Positions 17,207-28,016 of a stretch of DNA of 64,000 nt are shown here, piece by piece. Source of the stretch: Candidatus Omnitrophota bacterium. Its GTDB lineage: Bacteria; Omnitrophota; Gorgyraeia; Aquiviventales; Aquiviventaceae. Location of the stretch: positions 12,868-76,867 of the forward strand of contig JACPRA010000020.1 of assembly GCA_016190215.1 (NCBI GenBank). The letters run 5' to 3'. The notes beneath the pieces were generated by a model, which did not search any database, was not told the origin of the DNA, and was given only the letters and a program-made list of their open reading frames with translations. The translations under genes were made by a program, and so were the position numbers. Each line of letters opens with the position of its first letter. Positions within the stretch are counted from its first letter, which is position 1.

Positions 17207-18839
17207 TGGCTTCAGAGGAGAAGGCTTCGGCCGGCTCGGCGGACGCGTCGCGAAACGCCAGGCTCTCCGCCAAGAGCGTCCGGTACTCCGCCACCTGCGC
17301 GTCCAGCTCCTCGCGGCTGGCATGGCCGTACCGCCCCATCAGCTCGGTCAAGGTGGAGAGAAAATCCAGCCCCTGGCACGCGCTGTAGGCGACGCGCGTC
17401 CGGCGGACCAGCACGTCGCTGACGGTGCACGCCAGCTCCTGCTGGAGCGCGTAGACCAATTCCGCCAGCAGATAGTCGTGGTGCGGGCACGCCGGTTCCG
17501 CCAACTTCGGCTCGAACTCGACGAGCTCCAGAACACGGAACGCGCCGGTGCCGTAGAGCGAGAGCAAGCGGCCCAACAGCTCCGGATGGATGCGCTGCGT
17601 GACGCGCTGCCAGCGGTCCAGTACCACTGGATGCACCGGCTCCAGCAGACTCACTTGATCAGTCAGGCACCGCTCCACGGAGAACCGCCACCGGCGGACG
17701 ATCGCGTCCACCGTCTGTTGGGCGATCAGCCGATACGTTGTATATTTACCGCCGAGCACGCTGACCAATCCGAACCGGTCCACCTCAATGCGGTGCTCGC
17801 GGGATGCCGAGGTCGAGGAACCGGAAAACGCCAGTAAGGGCCTCGCCCCGGCATACGCCCCGATCACGTCCTGCGGGGCCAGCGCTTCGTCTGGAAAGAG
17901 CCGGTTCGCTTCATCGAGCAAATAGGCGGCCTCATCGCGCGTCGGCCGCAACCCGTCCAGCGACGGCACGGGCGATTCGGTGGTGCCGAGAATGGAGGTG
18001 TTGCCCCACGGCAACAGGAAGATCACGCGGCGGTCCGCGTGGGCTTGGAAGCAGACGCCGTGCGTCGCCAGCCTGGGCACGACCAAATGGATGCCTTTGG
18101 TCGGGGCCAGCCGGAGGCCGGTCTGCCGGTCGCTGAGCTGCCGCACGCGGTCCCCCCAGGGGCCGCCGGCGTTCACGACGACGGTAGCACGCACATCGAA
18201 CACTTCGCCGGTGCGCCGGTCTTCCACGGCAGCACCGTAGAGCCGGCCCAGGGCTTTCTCGAGCGCGATGACCCGGAGATAGTTGCCGCAGATGGCGCCG
18301 AAGCTGACCGCCTGCAGGATGTTGGCCAGGCAGAGCCGGGCGTCGTCCATCATGCCGTCCGTGTACTCGCCCATCGCCTGCAAGCCGCCCTGGCGCAACC
18401 GCGGCTCCAGCCGCGCGGCGTGGCGGGCCGCGTGCCAGCGATGCCGGCGCACGGCGTGAGAGGCGCTGAGGAGGTCATACAGCGTTAAACCCGCCCGCAC
18501 CACCGACGGGCGGCGCGCGTCTCCGCGATAGACCGGCAACAGCAGCGACAGCGGCCGCACCAGCCCCGGCGCGATCGTCAACAGGGTGCTGCGCTCCTGC
18601 AGGCCCTCCCCGACCAGGCGCAGGCGCCCGTGCTCCAGATACCGCAGCCCGCCGTGGATGAGCTTGGAGGTTTTGGAGCTGGTGCCGCCGGCGAAATCGC
18701 CCTGCTCCACCAGCGCGACGCGCAGCCCGCGCATGGCGGCATCGCGGGCGATGCCCGCGCCCACAATGCCTCCGCCGATGACCAGCAGGTCAAAGGCTTG
18801 ATGGCGTAATTGCGCTAGAATTTCGTTGCGACGCGCCAT
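17199..18839 (-). CDS. glpD: FAD-dependent glycerol-3-phosphate dehydrogenase
   Basis: DLLVIGGGIVGAGIARDAAMRGLRVALVEQGDFAGGTSSKTSKLIHGGLRYLE is the GlpD N-terminus. 546 aa. Confidence 0.85.
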   Translation of the reverse strand: MARRNEILAQLRHQAFDLLVIGGGIVGAGIARDAAMRGLRVALVEQGDFAGGTSSKTSKLIHGGLRYLEHGRLRLVGEGLQERSTLLTIAPGLVRPLSLLLPVYRGDARRPSVVRAGLTLYDLLSASHAVRRHRWHAARHAARLEPRLRQGGLQAMGEYTDGMMDDARLCLANILQAVSFGAICGNYLRVIALEKALGRLYGAAVEDRRTGEVFDVRATVVVNAGGPWGDRVRQLSDRQTGLRLAPTKGIHLVVPRLATHGVCFQAHADRRVIFLLPWGNTSILGTTESPVPSLDGLRPTRDEAAYLLDEANRLFPDEALAPQDVIGAYAGARPLLAFSGSSTSASREHRIEVDRFGLVSVLGGKYTTYRLIAQQTVDAIVRRWRFSVERCLTDQVSLLEPVHPVVLDRWQRVTQRIHPELLGRLLSLYGTGAFRVLELVEFEPKLAEPACPHHDYLLAELVYALQQELACTVSDVLVRRTRVAYSACQGLDFLSTLTELMGRYGHASREELDAQVAEYRTLLAESLAFRDASAEPAEAFSSEAND

Positions 18840-18857
18840 GTGTTCTCCGCTACGACA

Positions 18858-18959
18858 GGCTCATGATGCTGAATGCCTGATGAAAGATGATGCCGGATGA
18901 CTGATGATAGATGATGGATGTAATTCGCCCTTCATCAATCATCCATCATCAGGCATCAA

Positions 18960-18975
<16 letters not shown>
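18858..18975. repeat. Palindromic element of about 100 bp, family 3, copy 2
   Basis: Near-identical to 7196-7310. It lies between glpD and glpK. Confidence 0.85.
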
Positions 18976-20472
<1,497 letters not shown>

Positions 20473-20474
<2 letters not shown>

Positions 20475-21267
20475 GTCCTTCACATCCGATTCCACACGTT
20501 TTTTGGCCGTCGCGGTCCGCGCCGCGCGCGCGGCCGGCGTCTTGCTGGCCGAGCGCGCCGGCAAACCGCGCCGCGTTGACACCAAGCGCAATGCCATTGA
20601 TCTGGTGACGGAGGTGGACCGCGCCGCCGAACGGATGATCCACCAGGCGGTGCGCGCCGCGTTTCCGTCCCACGGGTTTCAGGGAGAAGAGCGCACCCGC
20701 GCCAACCCGGCGTCCCCGTTCCAGTGGATCGTGGACCCGGTGGACGGCACGATGAACTTCGTGCACGGCCTGCCGACGTTCGCCGTCTCGATCGGCCTGC
20801 ATCACGAGGGCCGGCCGCTCGTCGGTGTCATCTATGACCCGATGCGCCGGGAACTGTTTTCCGGCATCGCCGGGCGCGGCGCGTGGCTCAACGGCGCGCG
20901 CATCCGCGTCTCCCGCGCCCCGCACCTCTCCACCAGCCTGCTCTCGACCGGATTTCCCTCAGCGTTCCGCCGGACCCCGCGCCGGTTTCTCAAGCCCTTT
21001 GAGGCGTTTCAGTCCCGCTGCCACGGCGTCAGGAGGATGGGCTGCACGACCATCAGCTTAGCGTATGTGGCCTGCGGGAGATTGGAAGGGTTTTACGAGC
21101 AGAACTTGTGGCCGTGGGACATCGCCGCCGGCATGCTCCTGGTGCAGGAAGCCGGCGGGCGCCTCAGCGACTTCCGCGGCCGTCCGGCCCAGCTGAGCCG
21201 GGGCGAGTTGGTCGCATCTAACAGCTTGATCCACCACGAGATGCTGTCGCATCTCGCCACAGTATAG
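20473..21267 (+). CDS. Inositol monophosphatase family protein (SuhB-like)
   Basis: WIVDPVDGTMNFVHGLP and downstream motifs are typical of the IMPase family. It is divergent from glpK with overlapping start codons. Confidence 0.75.
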
Positions 21268-21396
21268 CCCAACCGCTTTCCCTTGCCTAGCGTTCGAGCA
21301 TAACGGCCGGGCAACATAGTTGCATCATACCTTCCAAATAGGCCTACACTGCAGGTATCCCCCATACAGACAACCAGAATTTGAGAGGACGTGAGC

Positions 21397-21993
21397 ATGG
21401 CGCACGACGGTCTGAGTCATCCCGCATGGCGGGTGTCCTATCTCGCAGTCGTGGCATCGCTGCTGCTCGCGCTCTTCCCCGCGCTGGGCCGCGCCGGCTC
21501 CCTGGCGCCGGCGCTGCACCCCTTCGCGAAAGGTTCGCGCTACTGGTCGGCGACGGCCGGGGTGGCGGAGGACACCTCGTACGGCCCGATCGCCCTCGCG
21601 CAGGTCGCCGTCAGTCACTACATCCGCGACAACCTGGCCCTGGAGTGGGGCGGGATGTTCGGCTATGCCGATTCGAAGCGAACGTCCGGGGGTGTATTGG
21701 GCGGGGCGGGACTGGGCTTGCGCTGGCATGTGGCCACGCGAGCGCGTTGGTCCTGGTACCTCGACGCGTTGGTCGGAGCGGTGTACCAGGAGCTGCCGCT
21801 CAGCCAGGACAGCCTGCGATTCAATTTTAATCTTCAGCCCGGCGGCGGGGCGACCTATCGCCTCAGCGACACCACGCTGTTCCAGGGCGGGTTTCGCTGG
21901 TATCACCTCTCCAACGCCGGCGTCCGCGGCAAAGCCCATAACCTCGGCTACGACGGCCCGATGCTGTACCTCGGCATGCTGCGCTCGTTTTGA
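21397..21993 (+). CDS. PagL-like lipid A deacylase / outer-membrane acyloxyacyl hydrolase family
   Basis: Has a signal peptide. The size fits a beta-barrel of about 200 aa. HLSNAG resembles the PagL HxSNG catalytic motif. An RBS gagagga lies upstream. Confidence 0.45.
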   Translation: MAHDGLSHPAWRVSYLAVVASLLLALFPALGRAGSLAPALHPFAKGSRYWSATAGVAEDTSYGPIALAQVAVSHYIRDNLALEWGGMFGYADSKRTSGGVLGGAGLGLRWHVATRARWSWYLDALVGAVYQELPLSQDSLRFNFNLQPGGGATYRLSDTTLFQGGFRWYHLSNAGVRGKAHNLGYDGPMLYLGMLRSF

Positions 21994-22047
21994 ACACGCG
22001 CATCGTGTGCCGTGCCCACGGCGCCATCCCACCCGGCTGAGGCGTGC

Positions 22048-22938
22048 CTATTCGGCTGCCAGTGGTTGTGGTCTCCAACGCCGATGGCCCCACGACCATT
22101 GCTCAGGATAGGCGCGGATCTGAGACTCCAGAACGTCATTGAGCCGCTGCGTGGTGCGGATCTCCCAGGCCGGATCACGCGGCAACGGGACGGCCGGCAG
22201 CATGTGAATCTCGTAGTGGCCGATGGCTGTTCTGATGCAATAAATCGGGATGAGCGCGCAGCCTGTTTTATTGGCCAGCCGCGCCGGAAGCGACGTGGTC
22301 GAGGTGGCCTGGCCGAAGAACTCAACCCACAGCCCGGCGCTGCCCGCCCATTGGTCGATCACAATCGCGACCCCGTGATTCTGGCGCAATTCGGCCAAAG
22401 TGCGCCGGAGGGCGCTCGCGTCTTTCGGGATGGGCACGGTATCGGTGGCTCTTCGTAAGGCATCGATCATGCGGTCCAGATGCGGATTCTTGAGTGTTTT
22501 GACGATCACCGCATGCGGAAAGTGCGCGAGGTAGCCGGGGAATCCGATGTATTCCCACGAACCCAGGTGTGACGCGACAAACACCACGCCGTGCCCGCGC
22601 GCCACGGCCTCATCGAAATGCTGCTGTCCCGTGATGGAAAACCGGCGCGCGGCGTTCCGTTTCATGTGTGTGACGACCAGCAACTCCAGAATCGAGAGCG
22701 CTTGGTTCTCGAACGACCGCCGGGCGATGGTCCGTTTCTGCTCAGCGGACCGCGTGTGCCCGTAGGCGATGGTGAGGTTGGCTAACGCGATATTTCTTCG
22801 TTTGGGAGAACAGACAAAATAGAGATCGGCGGCGCGCGTGACCAGCCATCCGGACAGCGCGAACGGCACAAGCCTCAGACCGATCACCAGGGCTTGCACG
22901 ATATAAAATTGCAGCACATATCCCATCGAGGACCCCAC
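22048..22938 (-). CDS. lpxL: Lipid A biosynthesis late acyltransferase (LpxL/HtrB family)
   Basis: ASHLGSWE is an HX4E-type acyltransferase motif. There is an N-terminal membrane anchor. About 296 aa. Confidence 0.65.
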   Translation of the reverse strand: MGSSMGYVLQFYIVQALVIGLRLVPFALSGWLVTRAADLYFVCSPKRRNIALANLTIAYGHTRSAEQKRTIARRSFENQALSILELLVVTHMKRNAARRFSITGQQHFDEAVARGHGVVFVASHLGSWEYIGFPGYLAHFPHAVIVKTLKNPHLDRMIDALRRATDTVPIPKDASALRRTLAELRQNHGVAIVIDQWAGSAGLWVEFFGQATSTTSLPARLANKTGCALIPIYCIRTAIGHYEIHMLPAVPLPRDPAWEIRTTQRLNDVLESQIRAYPEQWSWGHRRWRPQPLAAE

Positions 22939-23023
22939 CGTGAGTCACGGGCTCTGAAAAATCTGGACGGTTCTATTTTCCCCTACTGACCTGAGCTTCG
23001 CCACCGAGAAATGACATGGAGCG

Positions 23024-24235
23024 CTACGCGCGGTCGAGGAGGGCGAGGACTTCGACGTGGGCGGTGTGGGGGAAGAGGTCGAACGCTTCCACGCGGCGCA
23101 GGCGGTAGCGCGGGAAGCCGGAGCCCAGCCGCTGCAGGTCGCGCGCCAGCGCCTCGGCGTTGCAGGAGATGTAGATGATCTGCGCCGGGCGCGCCCCCAG
23201 CAGCGTCGAGATGACGCGCTCGTGCAGGCCGGTTCGCGGCGGGTCTACGACCACGAGGTGCGGCTTGGCCTCCAGCAGCCAAAACCGCTTGTCCGCCACC
23301 ACGTCTTCGGCGCGGCCCTGGTGAAACGTCACGTTGTCCAAGCGGTTGCGCTGCGCGTTGAGGCGGCCCAACTCGATGTTGCGCGGCTCGCTGTCCACCC
23401 CGTAGACATGCCGGTACTTCCCGGCCAGGTGGAAACCCACCACGCCGATCCCGCAGTAGAAATCCCACGCGTTGCCTGAGGGCGCGCCCTCCGCCCACTC
23501 CGCCATCCGCGCATACAAGCGCTGCGCCAGCGCCGGGGTGGGCTGCAGAAACGTCAGCGGATGCACCTGCAGCTCAAAGGGGCCCAGCCGGTCTTCCAGA
23601 TACGCGCGGCCCCGCACGAGGATCAGCTCCTCCGGTGCTGACACATCAGCCAGCTTCGACGTCACCCCCCAATAGACGCTGACCAGGTTCGGATGCGCGG
23701 CCATGAGCGTGCCGGCCAGCGCGTCCACGGCGGCGCGGTCCCACGGCGTGGTCACCAGGCAGAGCATGATCGTCCCGTCGGCGTGGCTGGACCGCACCAG
23801 CAAGAAGCGGAAGATGCCTTCGTGCCGCCGGGGAAAGTACGGCGACAGTCCGGTCTCGCGAATGAGCGCGCGGACATCGCGGATCACGCGGGCCACCGCC
23901 TCCGGCAGCAGCAGGCAGTCGTCCAGGTCCACGATCTTCCAAAAGGAGCGCGCCGCGTGGAACCCCAGCGTCACGCTGCCCTGCTCGGCGCCGAAGCTCA
24001 GCTCGGCTCGATGGCGGTACCGCCAGGGCGGCTCCAGCGCGTGCACCGGGATCGCCGCCGGGAGCTCGAACGGGCTGAACACGCGCGCGAGGCGCTGCTG
24101 CTTGAGGGCGAGCTGGTCCGGGTAGCTTAGGTCCTGGAGGGTGCAGCCGCCGCACGCGCCGACCAGGGGGCACGGGGCGTCAATGCGGGGAAAGAGGGCT
24201 TTGTCGTGCGCGAGCTGTTGCTCCGCCTGGCTCAT
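23024..24235 (-). CDS. rlmD: 23S rRNA (uracil-5-)-methyltransferase RlmD/RumA family
   Basis: Has a TRAM-like N-terminus with CGGC Fe-S cysteines, plus a SAM-MTase C-terminal domain. Confidence 0.7.
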   Translation of the reverse strand: MSQAEQQLAHDKALFPRIDAPCPLVGACGGCTLQDLSYPDQLALKQQRLARVFSPFELPAAIPVHALEPPWRYRHRAELSFGAEQGSVTLGFHAARSFWKIVDLDDCLLLPEAVARVIRDVRALIRETGLSPYFPRRHEGIFRFLLVRSSHADGTIMLCLVTTPWDRAAVDALAGTLMAAHPNLVSVYWGVTSKLADVSAPEELILVRGRAYLEDRLGPFELQVHPLTFLQPTPALAQRLYARMAEWAEGAPSGNAWDFYCGIGVVGFHLAGKYRHVYGVDSEPRNIELGRLNAQRNRLDNVTFHQGRAEDVVADKRFWLLEAKPHLVVVDPPRTGLHERVISTLLGARPAQIIYISCNAEALARDLQRLGSGFPRYRLRRVEAFDLFPHTAHVEVLALLDRA

Positions 24236-24322
24236 CCCCCCACCTGCCGCATGCCGCGGTGCGGCATCTGCGGCCGCAGGCCGCAGGTCACCTTCGGTGA
24301 AGCGGCAGGTGGGGGGATCATC

Positions 24323-25000
24323 TCACGCGACGCGGCGCCGGCGCAGCCACCCCACCAAGACGAGGCCGCTGACAAACCCGCCGACATGCGCCCACCATGC
24401 CACCCCGCCGGTCTGCGCCGCCTCGCCGAGTGCGGGCAGGCCCTGGATCCACTGGAGCACGAACCAGAACCCGAGAAACACGAAGGCCGGGATTTCCACT
24501 GTCTGTAATACTAAGAAGATCGGCACGAGTGTGACAATTTTGGCAAAGGGGAACAGCAGGAAATAGGCGCCTAGCACCCCGGCAATGGCGCCGCTGGCCC
24601 CGATCATCGGCACCGACGAGTCTGGATGCATGAACAGTTGCGTCAGCGCCGCCACGATGCCGCAGCCCAAGTACAGCGCGAGGAACCGCCCATGCCCCAG
24701 CCGGTCTTCCACGTTATCGCCGAAGATCCACAAGTAGAGCATGTTGGATCCCAGGTGCAGCAGCCCGCCGTGGAAAAACTGCGACGTGACCAGCGTCCAG
24801 AGGCGCTGCGGCAGCTCCAGCATGTCGGCCGGCCGCTCCCAGACCCAGAGGCTGGGCACCACGCCGAACCGGTACAGCCATGCCTCCGCGGCAGGACCCT
24901 GCCAGAGCTCCCAGAAAAATACGAGGACATTGAGGTGCACGAGGGCCAGCATGACCCAGGGGGCGCGCTGGGACGGAATGGTGTCGCGAATCGGGATCAT
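24323..25000 (-). CDS. Rhomboid family intramembrane serine protease
   Basis: GASGAIAGVLGAY carries the catalytic Ser. HLGSNMLYLWIFG is also present. Multi-TM. Confidence 0.8.
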   Translation of the reverse strand: MIPIRDTIPSQRAPWVMLALVHLNVLVFFWELWQGPAAEAWLYRFGVVPSLWVWERPADMLELPQRLWTLVTSQFFHGGLLHLGSNMLYLWIFGDNVEDRLGHGRFLALYLGCGIVAALTQLFMHPDSSVPMIGASGAIAGVLGAYFLLFPFAKIVTLVPIFLVLQTVEIPAFVFLGFWFVLQWIQGLPALGEAAQTGGVAWWAHVGGFVSGLVLVGWLRRRRVA

Positions 25001-25036
25001 GGCGCAGGCGCGCGTGGGCGCAGGCGGATCGAGGGA

Positions 25037-25855
25037 TCAGGCAGCGGGCTCAACGCCCACGAGGGCGATGCCGGCGGCGTCGGCCTGGGAGACGCAGGCG
25101 TCGCGGTCCAGGAGCAGGGTCTTGCCCGCGTGAACCGCCAGGCAGGTCACCCCAGCCGCCCGAGCCGCCGCGACCGTGTTGATACCGAGGACCGGGACAT
25201 CAAACCGCATGTCCTGGTTCGGGGCGGCCATCTTGACCACCACGCAGCCCGGCCCGGCCAGGGCCCCGGCCCGCTGGATGGCGGCATCGGTGCCTTCCAG
25301 CGCTTCCACGGCCACCACGACGGTGCGCTTGACGACGACGGTCTGCCCCACGTCCCAGCGCGCGAGCTGGCGCGCGATGTCCGTGCCGAGTCGGATGTCC
25401 GCCTGCTCCTCCGGGGTGGGCTGGCGCCGGGTCAGCGTGCCAGCGGGACAGAGGCTCTCGCGGAGGAACGTGGAGGAATCCACCAGCGCGATGCCGCGCT
25501 CGCCCAACTGGGCGGCGACGGCGCCGAGGAGTTGCGGGACGGAGAACTCGTTCGCGCCGGCGAGCACGCGCTGCGCGGCGGCGTCAAACGACGCGCGTGA
25601 ATCCAGGAGGACCTGCTTCGTGACTTTCCCGGCCATGATGGCCGTTGAGGCGCCCTGGCCGGCCACCCACGCGATGAGGCGGCCGAGCTCGCCCACCGGG
25701 ATGGAGGCGTAGGCATCCACCTGCGCTTCCAGCGAGGGGTCCGCCCATCCGTGCAGCCCCACGGCGACCACCCGGCATCCCGCGCGCTTGGCTTCCCGGG
25801 CCACCTGCAGCGGAAACGACCCGGACCCGGCAATAATCGCGCAGGTCGTCGTCAT
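25037..25855 (-). CDS. lpxI: UDP-2,3-diacylglucosamine diphosphatase LpxI (DUF1009)
   Basis: The N-terminal IIAGSGSFP motif and a length of about 270 aa match the LpxI family. It is adjacent to lpxA. Confidence 0.65.
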   Translation of the reverse strand: MTTTCAIIAGSGSFPLQVAREAKRAGCRVVAVGLHGWADPSLEAQVDAYASIPVGELGRLIAWVAGQGASTAIMAGKVTKQVLLDSRASFDAAAQRVLAGANEFSVPQLLGAVAAQLGERGIALVDSSTFLRESLCPAGTLTRRQPTPEEQADIRLGTDIARQLARWDVGQTVVVKRTVVVAVEALEGTDAAIQRAGALAGPGCVVVKMAAPNQDMRFDVPVLGINTVAAARAAGVTCLAVHAGKTLLLDRDACVSQADAAGIALVGVEPAA

Positions 25856-25874
25856 GGGCGCCCGTCGCGGCGGA

Positions 25875-26666
25875 TCACGCCCGGCAGACGCCGCGCTTCG
25901 ACTGCCGAATGAACTCCAGCAGGCGCGTCACTTCCGGGCAGGGGGCCACTTCCTTCGCCACCCGCTCGAGGGCATGGCTCATGGAAAGCCCGGAGTTGAA
26001 GAGCAGCCGGAACGCCTTGTGCAGAAGCTCTTTGGATTCGGCGGAGACTCCGGCGCGCCGCAGGCCTTCGTTGTTCAGCCCGAACACCTGCGTGGGATAC
26101 CCGGCACAGGTGGAATAGGGCGGGATGTCCTGCGCCACGCGCGAGCAGCCGCCGGTGATGGACAGCCGCCCCACCCGGACAAACTGATGGATGCCCACGA
26201 GCCCCCCCATCACCGCGCCGTCTTCAATTTCGATGTGCCCGGCCAACTCTGTGGTATTCGCGATGATCACGTGGTTGCCGATGAGACAGTCATGCGCCAC
26301 GTGGGAATACGCCATGAGCAGGCAGTCGGAGCCGATCACCGTCTTGCCCCCGCCGCCCTTGGTGCCGGGATTGATGGTCACGTACTCGCGGATGCGGTTG
26401 CGGTCGCCGATGATGAGCTCGGTTTTTTCGCCGGCGTACTTGAGGTCCTGCGGGATGCTGCCGATCACCGCGCCGGTGAAGAGCTGGCAGTCGGAGCCGA
26501 TGGTGGTGTAGCCCTCCACGACGCAGTGCACGCCGATGCGGGTGCCGGACCCGATGCGGACGTTCGGCCCGATCACCGAGTAGGGGCCGACGTCCACCCC
26601 CTCGCCCAGGACGGCCTGCGGATCAATGATGGCCGTCGGATGGATGGTCGCGGTGGCCGCCATCAT
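25875..26666 (-). CDS. lpxA: Acyl-ACP--UDP-GlcNAc O-acyltransferase
   Basis: IHPTAIIDPQAVLGEGVDVGPYSVIG and hexapeptide repeats. The start is placed at MMAATATIHPT. Confidence 0.85.
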   Translation of the reverse strand: MMAATATIHPTAIIDPQAVLGEGVDVGPYSVIGPNVRIGSGTRIGVHCVVEGYTTIGSDCQLFTGAVIGSIPQDLKYAGEKTELIIGDRNRIREYVTINPGTKGGGGKTVIGSDCLLMAYSHVAHDCLIGNHVIIANTTELAGHIEIEDGAVMGGLVGIHQFVRVGRLSITGGCSRVAQDIPPYSTCAGYPTQVFGLNNEGLRRAGVSAESKELLHKAFRLLFNSGLSMSHALERVAKEVAPCPEVTRLLEFIRQSKRGVCRA

Positions 26667-27991
26667 GCGCTCTCCTCCGCCAGCGCGAACATCAGCTCGC
26701 CCTCGCACACCAGCTTGCCGTCCACGTACGCTTTCCCGCTCAGCTGGCCGGTCCGCGAGCGCAGCTTCACCAGCTCGGCTTCCAGGACCAGCTGGTCGCC
26801 CGGCACGACCGGCTTGCGGAATTTCACCTTGTCCACGGACATGAAGTAGGCCAGCTTCCCGAGGTTTTCTCCTTTATTCAGGATCAAGATGCCCCCCACC
26901 TGCGCCATCGCTTCGATGATCAGGACGCCCGGCATCACCGGCCGGTTGGGGAAATGGCCGCGGAAGAAATAGTCGTTCATCGTCACGCATTTCAGGCCGA
27001 CGGCCTTGGTGTCCGTCAGCGACGTGATGCGGTCCACCAGCAGGAACGGATAGCGGTGCGGCAGGACTTTCTGGATCTGGAGAATATCGAGCTGCGGCCC
27101 GACCATGATCTCCTGGCTGGGAGACTGCAGCGAGCCGGTCAGCCAGGCGTCCCGGGCCTGGGCCAGCTTGTGCAGCAGCTTCACGTTCAGGCGATGCCCG
27201 CTCTTGATGGCGACAACATGGGCGTTCAGGTGCGCCCCCAGCAAGTAGAGATCGCCGATCAGGTCGAGGATCTTGTGCCGGACGAATTCATCGTCAAACC
27301 GGAGCGTGTTCTGGATCACGCCCTTCGCTCCGACCACCAGGGTGTTGGTGTAGTTGGCGCCCCGGCCGAACCCCTGGGCCCGCAGCGCTTCCGCCTCTTC
27401 CTGCAGGCAGAACGTCCGCGCCGGCGCGATCACCTCGTCGAAGTGCTGATGGCCGTTGCGCTCGAAGGACGCGAACTGGGATTTCAGCGCCACGTGCGGG
27501 TAGCTCAGCGTATAGGACACTTTGAAGGACGGACTCGGGAAGACAGCCAGCATGGACTCGCCCTCGTCCACGATGACCGGTTCGCGCAGCGAAAAGACCT
27601 TGCGCGGGGCCGCCTGCTCGACGATGCCGGCGGCTTTCAATTGCTCGGCAAACGGGGCGGCGGAGCCGTCCACCCCCGGCAGCTCGATCCCGGAAACCTC
27701 CACGTATGCGTTGTCGATGCCCACGCCCCACAGGGAGGCCATGAAGTGCTCCACCGTCTGCACCTCCACCCCGTCCTTGGTCAGGCTGGTGCGCCGCATG
27801 CCCATGCCGGTGTCCACCGCATGGGCCGGCGTGGCGGGGATGGTCGGGCGGTTCGGCAGGTCCGTCCGAATAAAGATCACCCCCGCGTGCTCAGGGGCGG
27901 GCATTACCCGCATGGTCACTGTCTCGCCGGTGTGCAGTCCAGCGCCCTCGAGGGACACCGGCCGGGCCAGTGTGCGCTGCTGCGCGCTCAT
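26663..27991 (-). CDS. lpxC-fabZ: Bifunctional UDP-3-O-acyl-GlcNAc deacetylase / 3-hydroxyacyl-ACP dehydratase (LpxC-FabZ fusion)
   Basis: The N-terminal half has LpxC motifs (QRTLARPVSLEGAGLHTG, HxxxD region). The C-terminal half has the FabZ hot-dog (LPHRYPFLLVDRI, GHFP). Confidence 0.8.
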   Translation of the reverse strand: MSAQQRTLARPVSLEGAGLHTGETVTMRVMPAPEHAGVIFIRTDLPNRPTIPATPAHAVDTGMGMRRTSLTKDGVEVQTVEHFMASLWGVGIDNAYVEVSGIELPGVDGSAAPFAEQLKAAGIVEQAAPRKVFSLREPVIVDEGESMLAVFPSPSFKVSYTLSYPHVALKSQFASFERNGHQHFDEVIAPARTFCLQEEAEALRAQGFGRGANYTNTLVVGAKGVIQNTLRFDDEFVRHKILDLIGDLYLLGAHLNAHVVAIKSGHRLNVKLLHKLAQARDAWLTGSLQSPSQEIMVGPQLDILQIQKVLPHRYPFLLVDRITSLTDTKAVGLKCVTMNDYFFRGHFPNRPVMPGVLIIEAMAQVGGILILNKGENLGKLAYFMSVDKVKFRKPVVPGDQLVLEAELVKLRSRTGQLSGKAYVDGKLVCEGELMFALAEESA

Positions 27992-28016
27992 GGTTCGATT
28001 CCTCGGTGTTGACGGA

